Positions 1 through 8,300 of a stretch of 64,000 nt of DNA are shown piece by piece. A program made the position numbers and the translations under genes. The notes under the pieces were generated by a model that worked only from the letters and a program-made list of their open reading frames with translations, made no database searches and was not told the origin of the DNA. Origin of the DNA: Candidatus Multivoradales bacterium (GTDB taxonomy: Bacteria > Acidobacteriota > Thermoanaerobaculia > Multivoradales > JAHEKO01); NCBI GenBank assembly GCA_965223155.1, contig CBDCVR010000013.1, positions 32,001 through 96,000 of the forward strand. Reading direction: 5' to 3'. Position 1 is the stretch's first letter, and every line of letters begins with the position of its first letter.

Positions 1-752
1 TCGGGGGAAAGGGGCCGAAACAGCGGTTCGAAAACCCACGAATCGACCTTGCGGTGAGCACCGACGGGGGCGAGTCCTGGACTCGCCGAAAGGCAACATC
101 GCGAGTTACGGCGAATGGCCCGCGGATCGCCTTGGCCGAATCGCCGCCTGGTCTCGCTCCGCGTTTGCATCTGGTGTGGAGCGCCCACGACCCGCAAGGT
201 CATGGTCCTCGCCATCAAGTCTCAGGGGACCGAGGCGCGACCTGGTCGAAGCAGCTGTTCTTGGATCAGAGCGGCCCAGAGACCGCCTCTTCGCATATCG
301 AAGGCTTGGCGACTTCCGACGGGGACGTCCACACGGTTTGGCGAAGGCGTCCGGAAGGACCGTTTTCGGTTGAGGTCGTCTACGACAACAACGTCGGCGG
401 TGGGTTTCATCCAGAAGGCCGGAAACTCAGTATCGACCTGGACGCAGACATTCCGACCGCCCGTGCGGCGGCACTGGCAGTAGCGGGCCTGGCGGTCCAC
501 GTGGCCTGGTCGGAGGTCGGGCCGGCCGATGCCGCCCTGCTGTCGGTGCGAAGTGGCGATCGAGGAGAGACTTGGTCCCGGCCCAAACTCTTGGCGAAAT
601 CAGCGGTGTTCGGGGATATCTCTTTGGCTACGACATCCGACGGAGTCGGGGCGTGTCGTGGCGCGCAGCACTTGATGTACCGGCGCAGAGGTGGCCCTCG
701 TCCGGGCTCAACCAACCTTCTTTACCGGCGCAGGCCGGCCAAATTGAAGTAG
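1..752 (+). CDS. BNR/Asp-box (sialidase-like beta-propeller) protein, copy 1, 5'-truncated by window edge
   Basis: Open frame from nt 3 to TAG at 752. Asp-box motifs STDGGESW, SGDRGATW, SGDRGETW. Near-identical to 1616-2367. Confidence 0.8.
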   Translation, partial: GGKGPKQRFENPRIDLAVSTDGGESWTRRKATSRVTANGPRIALAESPPGLAPRLHLVWSAHDPQGHGPRHQVSGDRGATWSKQLFLDQSGPETASSHIEGLATSDGDVHTVWRRRPEGPFSVEVVYDNNVGGGFHPEGRKLSIDLDADIPTARAAALAVAGLAVHVAWSEVGPADAALLSVRSGDRGETWSRPKLLAKSAVFGDISLATTSDGVGACRGAQHLMYRRRGGPRPGSTNLLYRRRPAKLK

Positions 753-778
753 GGCAATCCAAGACAGGGGAGAACACG

Positions 779-1105
779 ATGGGAAATGGTGGACTCGACA
801 TAGCTTCTCGGAAGGCCGGGCCAAGGCGGTTGCATCCGCTCTTCGCGGGGTTCGTGATTCTTGCCGCCTCGGCCCTTGGACTGGCCTCCCCGGCGGCAGC
901 AGCCAACGTCGCCCGGCCGGTGTACGACGCTCCGGACGACCTGCCGGACGACATGATGTGTGGCGATTCGGTGTCCGGGTACGTGCGGATGAAGAACAAG
1001 GGACAGCCCTGGAAGCGCCTGGCCGACGGCGGCGCCGGGCAGCGGCTGACGACTGCGGACACTTGCCCGGTGCTACGCTGCCGGGAACGAAGGAGGTCCG
1101 TATGA
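779..1105 (+). pseudogene. Truncated duplicate of the giant protein N-terminus (signal peptide plus part of first NBR1-Ig domain)
   Basis: MGNGGLDIASRK...QRLTTAD matches 2394-2675, then runs into unrelated sequence and stops at a TGA overlapping the next ATG (ATGA, 1102-1105). Confidence 0.8.
1071..1096 (+). promoter_or_regulatory. Putative extended -10 box (TGCTACGCT) and RBS (AGGAGG) of the BNR gene
   Basis: TGnTAnnnT at 1071-1079; AGGAGG at 1091-1096; ATG at 1102. Confidence 0.5.
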
Positions 1106-2367
1106 CCGATTGCCGAGCCCGATGGTTGAGCGTTGGGGGACTGTTGATGGTCTGTGTTCTGGCCTGGGGGGCATATCCCGCCGAGGCGGCCTGGAGTCGG
1201 CCGCAGAGGTTTCACACGACCAATCACGCATCGCGCGGAGCGGCCCTGGGCGCATCCGGGGACACTGTCCATGCCGTGTACTACGGGGAGGCTTCGCTCG
1301 AGCCTCTCGTGACGGCCATCTACTATCGACGCAGTCTGGATTGCGGGCTGACGTGGGGTCGCGAGCGAGCGGTGGCATTCGACGCGCTCTACGGGTCCGT
1401 CAGCCTTGCCGTGGTCGGCGACGTGCTGCACCTGGCTTGGGCGGACCGAACAGTACGAGATCGCCGGAAGCATCGGAAGCCGCGGGTCTTCTACGCCTCG
1501 AGCCGGGACGCCGGTCGCACCTGGAGCGAGCCGCGGTTGCTGTCTCCGCCGTCCTTCTACGCCGAGGCGCCGTCGTTGGCGGCATCGGGCGAGGAGGTCT
1601 ACGTGGCCTATCGGCTCGGGGGAAAGGGGCCGAAACAGCGGTTCGAAAACCCACGAATCGACCTTGCGGTGAGCACCGACGGGGGCGAGTCCTGGACTCG
1701 CCGGAGGGCAACACCGCGGGTGATAGCGAATGGTCCGCGGATCGCCTTGGCCGGACCACGGCCTGGCCTCGCTCCGCGTTTGCATCTGGTGTGGAGCGCC
1801 CACGACCCGCAAGGTCATGGTCCTCGCCATCAAGTCTCAGGAGACCGAGGCGCGACCTGGTCGAAGCAGCTGTTCTTGGATCAGAGCGGCCCAGAGACCT
1901 TCTCTTCGCATATCGAGGGCCTAGCGACATCCGGAAGCGATGTCCATACGGTTTGGCGGAGATTCCCAGAGGAACCGGTTTCGATTGAGGTCGTTTACGA
2001 CAACAACGTCGGCGGTGGGTTTCACTCAGAAGGCCGGAAACTCAGTATCGACCTGGACGCAGACATTCCAACCGCCCGTGCGGCGGCACTGGCAGTAGCG
2101 GGCCTGGCGGTCCACGTGGCCTGGTCGGAGGTCGGGCCGGCCGATGCCGCCCTGCTGTCTGTGCGAAGTGGCGATCGAGGAGAGACTTGGTCCCGGCCCA
2201 AACTCTTGGCGAAATCAGCGGTGTTCGGGGATATCTCTTTGGCTACGACATCCGACGGAGTCGGGGCGTGTCGTGGCGCGCAGCACTTGATGTACCGGCG
2301 CAGAGGTGGCCCTCGTCCGGGCTCAACCAACCTTCTTTACCGGCGCAGGCCGGCCAAATTGAAGTAG
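1102..2367 (+). CDS. Secreted BNR/Asp-box (sialidase-like beta-propeller) protein, copy 2
   Basis: RBS AGGAGG, signal peptide ending AEAA, five Asp-boxes (SLDCGLTW, SRDAGRTW, STDGGESW, SGDRGATW, SGDRGETW). Confidence 0.85.
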   Translation: MTDCRARWLSVGGLLMVCVLAWGAYPAEAAWSRPQRFHTTNHASRGAALGASGDTVHAVYYGEASLEPLVTAIYYRRSLDCGLTWGRERAVAFDALYGSVSLAVVGDVLHLAWADRTVRDRRKHRKPRVFYASSRDAGRTWSEPRLLSPPSFYAEAPSLAASGEEVYVAYRLGGKGPKQRFENPRIDLAVSTDGGESWTRRRATPRVIANGPRIALAGPRPGLAPRLHLVWSAHDPQGHGPRHQVSGDRGATWSKQLFLDQSGPETFSSHIEGLATSGSDVHTVWRRFPEEPVSIEVVYDNNVGGGFHSEGRKLSIDLDADIPTARAAALAVAGLAVHVAWSEVGPADAALLSVRSGDRGETWSRPKLLAKSAVFGDISLATTSDGVGACRGAQHLMYRRRGGPRPGSTNLLYRRRPAKLK

Positions 2368-2393
2368 GGCAATCCAAGACAGGGGAGAACACG

Positions 2394-5300
2394 ATGGGAA
2401 ATGGTGGACTCGACATAGCTTCTCGGAAGGCCGCGCCAAGACGATGGGGTACGTTCCTCGCTGGCTTCGTGATTCTTGCCGCCTCGGCTCTTGGACTGGT
2501 GTCCCCGGCGGCGGCGGCCAACGTCGCCCGGCCGGTGTACGACGCTCCGGACGATCTGCCGGACGACATGATGTGTGGCGATTCGGTGTCCGGGTACGTG
2601 CGGATGAAGAACAAGGGGCAGCCTTGGAAGCGCCTGGCGGACGGCGGCGCCGGCCAGCGGCTGACGACGGCGGACAACCCCCTGGTCAAGGCCGGAACCC
2701 GTGTGTACAAGCTCAAGGCGGGGACCACGGTTCGGAGAGGCAAGGTCTACGATTTTCCGGTCACTCTCACGGCACCTGAACATTCAAACTACACGACCTT
2801 TGTCGAGTACACCGCAGTCTGGGAGATGGGCCTCCCAGACGGATCGACCTTTCCGCATCCCTACGAACACACGGTGCGGGTGTGGTGTCCGAGGCGCACC
2901 CAGAACAACGCGATTGTCGTCGGGCATAACCTCCCCGGCTCAGTGCCTTGTGGCGAGACGGTCGGAGAGTCCGGCGATCTTTGGGTGGAGATGAAGAACG
3001 TCGGAGGCCGCACTTGGAGGCCAAGACGGAAGAAGGGGGATGGCCAGCACCTGTACACGCCTGACAATCCGTTCCATCCCGAAGTCTCGATTCCGCTACC
3101 GGTGAATACGACCGTCCAACCCCTGGAGACCCATCGATTCCCGGTGCGGCTGACGGCTCCGGAAGCCTATGGCGTCCACGACGTCACGTTCCGAATGCGA
3201 CCGCACAAGGGAAAACCCTTCGGCGAAGAGCTGCCGTGGACCCTCACTTCGCAGTGCGCCAATAACGATGCCCAGTTCGTGGAGACCAAGACGACGGTCC
3301 CCGCGACCATGAGCTGCGGTGCGGAGGGCGACTACCACGTCGCATTCCTCAATACCGGCGACACTCGCTGGAAGAAGGGCAAGTACTCTCTTCGTCTGTT
3401 CGACGGCCCCTTCGGGACCAAGAATCTCAAGGTTCGAGGGCAAGACGTTCGTCCAACCCGGGATCGGCGATTCCCGGTACGCCTTGTGGCTCCGAGCGAG
3501 AACGGGACGCATACGACGACCTGGCGGATGCACACAGGCGCGGGAGTGCCGTTCGGGGAGGCCACGACGTTGTCGATCGACGTCACGGATTGCCAGGAGC
3601 CGGAGCCGCTGGACGCGGCGCCCGTTCCAAGCGGTATCGACTTCCCATCCACGATGCAGTGCGGCTCGACCTACCCCGCTACCTTGACGATGAGAAATAC
3701 CGGCACCAAGAACTGGAAAGAGAGAAAGCCGCACCACCGTCTGCGCCCCGTGGCGGGGAAGAACGACCGGTTCTGGCGAAGGATCCGTATGGTTAAGCTT
3801 CCCGACGGTGTCGTCGTCGGTGAGAACGGCACCCATCCGTTCGAAATGACCCTCTCGGCTCCGATCTTGGACCCGTCGGAGCCCGAGGTTATGAATCTCT
3901 CTACCAGTTGGACCATGGTCGAGGTTCGAGAGGACGAGACCGAGGCTTTTGGGACGCCCTACGGACAGGACATCGAAGTTGTTTGTCTGGACTACGATTC
4001 CGAGGAGGTGAAGAAGAACGCCTCGGTTCAGGTGGCGCCGGGAGGGTCCATCCGCTTTGTCATCGAGGTCAAGAACAGCGGACGGCGCAACTGGGTGACT
4101 CCCGAGCTGCGAGACATTAGCGGTACGTTCGTGAAGAGGTCGTACGGTGGGACGGTGGCTTCGCAGGGAAGCCATGTCTTTGGCTTCACGCGAACTGCCC
4201 CGTCGGCGATAGGTACCTACGCGACCCAGTGGCAGATCTGGGAACCAACTGCGGGCCTCTTCGGCGCGGTCATCTCGATTCAAGTCACGGTCTCGGAGGG
4301 CTCGTCTGAAGTGGGCTCGTGCACCGGCGGAGGCTCCGCGGCCAAGCTGCCGCGCCTGGGCATTCTGGGGTTCAATCCGCGCTATCTGACACAGGACGGA
4401 AACGCCGCCTATGTCCTGACCGGAGCCCATAGCTGGAGCGTGGTGCAGAAGCACGAGCGAATGAACAAGCTCGAAGGCTACATGAGCAAGCTACGCGGCA
4501 AAGGCCACAATTTCACCCGGGGATGGTACTGGGAGGACTGTTTCTACGACCCCATTCCGTATAGCGCAAGCCAGTACAAGTGCATGGATCCCGGCAAGAG
4601 CTTTTTGCCGACGGCGGATGAGCCTGGGAATGGTTACAACCAGGCGTACGCAGATCTCCTCAAGGCCCGTCTCAACGAGGCCGCCGACAACGACCTCTAC
4701 ATGAGCACGATGCTCTTCCAGGGGTGGAGTCTGCCCATTAGCTTACGGAAGGAAGAGGGTGGAGTCGATGGTTGGGCCCGGAATCCGTATCGTAAGGAAT
4801 TCGCGGACGGCAGGGCACTCCACTCCGACGGGATTCTTGACGAGCAGATCTACTACGCCAACTACATCCTGAACCAGACCAAGGGCTGCACCAACACCTT
4901 CTTTGAAGTTTCGAACGAGAGCGTCGTGACCGGCCAGGTGGCTGGGGAGAAGTGGCAGAGGCTAGTTGTCACCGAGATCAAGAAAAAGATCTGCGGTCAG
5001 AAACCCTGCCTGGCCTGGGCCTCCTGCTGGTTCGGGGCGTCCAACACCGCTCTGATCGGCACGGGCGCGGATCTGGTCTCCTTTTGCGGGAACGATCCGG
5101 ATTCGCCTGACTGGGCCGGCGGCGATGCGGTCCTCATCTTTGACACGGACCATGTTGACGCCGAGAATCCGAATCCGAAGCGGGCGTGGAAAGCGTTCCT
5201 ACGAGGGCAGCACCCGATCCTGATGGATCTCGAGACCGAGGACCTGGTCTGGTACAAGCCGGGCCAGAACTTTCCCAACCAAACTCAGAAGAACGGTTCC

Positions 5301-8300
5301 CGGGACTATGGACTTGCGCTCGGAGAGATCCAAGCGATCATCGACAAGATCAATGACAATGGCGACTACGTCCAAGGCAGTGAGGGGATCGCCAGGTCCA
5401 AGAGCCGGCTCAAGCACCTGGCGCCGGTTGCTCCCGCCCAAGAAGGCATCGTCGGCTCGAGCTCGCCGAACTTTGCGCTGTTCTCCAGCGGGACTCCGTG
5501 TCCCGGGTTCTCGGCGAACCAGAAGTGCGGACTTGCTGCTCCAAACGGCAAGGAGTTCGTTGTGTACGCTGAACAGGGTGTCCAAGTCTGTTCGCTGACC
5601 GTGGGCTCGTCGTACCTGGCCTCTTGGAAGAATCCGTTTGCGAACGGGTACTTTCTCGAAGACATCAAGCGGGACGGCGTTTCCAACTGTGAGACCTTCG
5701 GCTACCCGCAGGCGGCGGGAGACTTCGCGGTCCTGCATTTGACCCGCCTCGAGAATCCGCCTTCAGCTTCGATCGCAGCGTTCCGGGCCGGGCAAGAGCT
5801 TCCGGCTCCGGTCAAGATCTCCACCCGCCAGCAACTGGATCTCTACGGTAGCGATTCGACGACCGATCCGTTGACCTATGCTTGGGAGTTTGGCGACGGA
5901 CACGCGGGCCCGGCCGAAGAGCAAGTGGATCACATCTACGAAGAGCCAGGTGTGTACGTGGTCGAGCTCGAGGTAACCGATGACGATGGCCAGACCGCTT
6001 TCGCCGAGCTAGAGATCACCGCGGTCGATGGTCCGGTCGCGACCTTCGTCACGAGTCCGCGGGCGGAAGGGGGGGTGGTTACGGTGCTCGACGGCGATGA
6101 GGTGGGCTTTGACGCGACGTACTCGACGAGCGATCCGCTGCACCCGATCGTCTCCTACGAGTGGGATTTTGGTGACGGAACGGCAGCTGACGGTGCGGCG
6201 CTGGCGGAGACGACACATACTTTCGTCGTCGGACCGGGTGTGAGCGAGACGAGCTATACGGTGGGATTGAGGGTCCGAGACGACTTGGATGCGGCCTCCG
6301 ATCTGGAGACGGTCGTCGTGCGAGTCCAGCTGGCCCCGGCAATCGTTGTCCAGCCGCAGGACGCTACGGCCACCGAGGGCGAAACAGTGAGCCTCTCGTG
6401 TGTTGCGACTGGCGCGCCGCCGCTCGTCTATCGGTGGCTGAAGAATGATGAAGAACTCTTGGATGGTGTCGGGGTCTCGGGCGCGGGTACCGCGACGTTG
6501 ACGCTAAGCGCGCTCGAAGAGCCAGACTCCGGACGATACCGGTGCCGCGTCGAGAACCCCGTTGGCGAAGCCGAGTCCGAGGAAGCTGAGATGTCCGTCG
6601 GTGCTGCGCCTACGATCGTCACTTCGCCGGTCACGATCGAGACGAACCGGGGTGGAGAGGCCGATCTCCGCTGCTGGGTCGAGGCGGCCGAACCGCTGAC
6701 CTGGCAGTGGTACAAGGACTCTGCAGCCGCTGCCGACGGAGGTCCGATCGCGGGAGTTGACAGTCAGACCCTTCGGATTACGAACGCCGATGGGCTGGAG
6801 GCCGGCGAGTACTACTGCTCCGTCTCGAACCCACTAGGATCCATGACGTCCGGGATCTTTACCGTTCGCCACATTCCCTGGAAGGCCTACCCGATCGCGA
6901 CGATCTCTTCCGAAGGCTTCACCAACACGGCCGAGACCGAGCCGATTCACGAGGCGCTGAACGACCAGGAGAATCTGGCGACATCGACCGCCGATGACGG
7001 CGTGTTGGATTCGCTCCGGGTGGGGATGGCCGCGGTGGACGATCCGAACACCGACTACGGTCACGAGGTCTATGTCTGGGGCAACGCGCTCGATGCGGCG
7101 ACGTGTGCCATCGAGGTGAGGCTCTCTCAAGGCTCGATCGAGCTGGCCTCGGGGAGTCTGGTGCTGGAGGACGAGGCCACGAGCGAGGACGGTTGGGTGC
7201 GGTTGGAGGTCCCGGCCGAGGCCGCGGCCAACATCAGCGACTACGGCGACGTCCAGATCGAGGTCGAGAAGATCCACGATCCGGCCAATGTCTGCCGGGC
7301 CGAGCTCGAGCGCATCGTCTTCCGGGTGCCGCCGTCGCCGACGCCGGTGGAGATCGCCGTGCCGGTGGCTACGGAGTCGAACGAAGGCTTCAGCGCAGAG
7401 CCGATTCATGAACAACTGGACGACGCGGACAACGTCGCGACGTCCACGGTCGCGGACGGTACGTTGGATGCCTTCGTGGTGCGGATGGGCGCGGTGAGCG
7501 ATCCGGGGGTGGATGAGGGGCATGTGGTCAGGGTGTGGGGCGCGGCTCTCGATGCGGAGCCTGTGGAGGTTCGGCTGAGCCTCTATCAGGGGCCGGCGCT
7601 TCTGGCGACTCTGGATGTCTCGTTCCCCTCGTGGACGAAGGTGGTACGGATCGAGTTACCGACGGCGCTCGCGGCGCTGATTACCGACTACACGGATCTA
7701 AGGCTGGGTGTCGAGAAGACCCACGCCGGCGTCAACGGCTCGGACCGGCGCGTCGAGATCCGGAAGATCGAGTTCGAGGTGCCGATTCCGCCGGCGATCA
7801 CGCAGCACCCTTCGGGTCAGACGATCGGGGTGGGGCAGACGGCCAACTTCACTTGTGCCGCCTCCGGTTCGGAGTCGCTGGTCTACCAGTGGCAGAAGGA
7901 CGGCGTGGATCTGGTGGACGGCGGCTCGATCTCGGGTGCCGAGACCGAGAGTCTCACCATCACGAACGCCCAGCTTGCCGATGCCGGCGCCTACCGGTGC
8001 GTGGCGATGGAAAGCGATGCTTCGGCGTACTCGGACGAGGCTGTCCTGGACGTGGGCGTGCCGCCGGCGATTACGGCCGATCCGGAGCCCGCGACGGCGC
8101 CGCTGGGAGGTCAGGCCAGTTTCTCGTGCTCGGCGACGGGCAGCGGTACGTTGGCGTACTTGTGGTTCCAGGATGGGGTCGGTCTGGTGGATTCGGCCCG
8201 GATCTCGGGAGCCTCGACGCCGACGGTGACGATGACCGATCTCGAGGCCGGGGATGTGGGTGAGTACTCGTGCCAGGTGGCGAGCCCGTACGGCTCGGCC

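Larger units (their letters stand above)
1..2676. repeat. Direct tandem duplication, period 1615 bp (1-1061 matches 1616-2676)
   Basis: Base-by-base alignment at offset 1615 without indels (stop 752/2367, ATG 779/2394). Homology ends after GCGGACA at 1061/2676. Confidence 0.95.

Noticed and set aside
1-2676. Diversity-generating retroelement TR/VR pair
   Set aside because: Differences are not adenine-specific, many are synonymous, the repeat exceeds 1 kb, and no reverse transcriptase is present.
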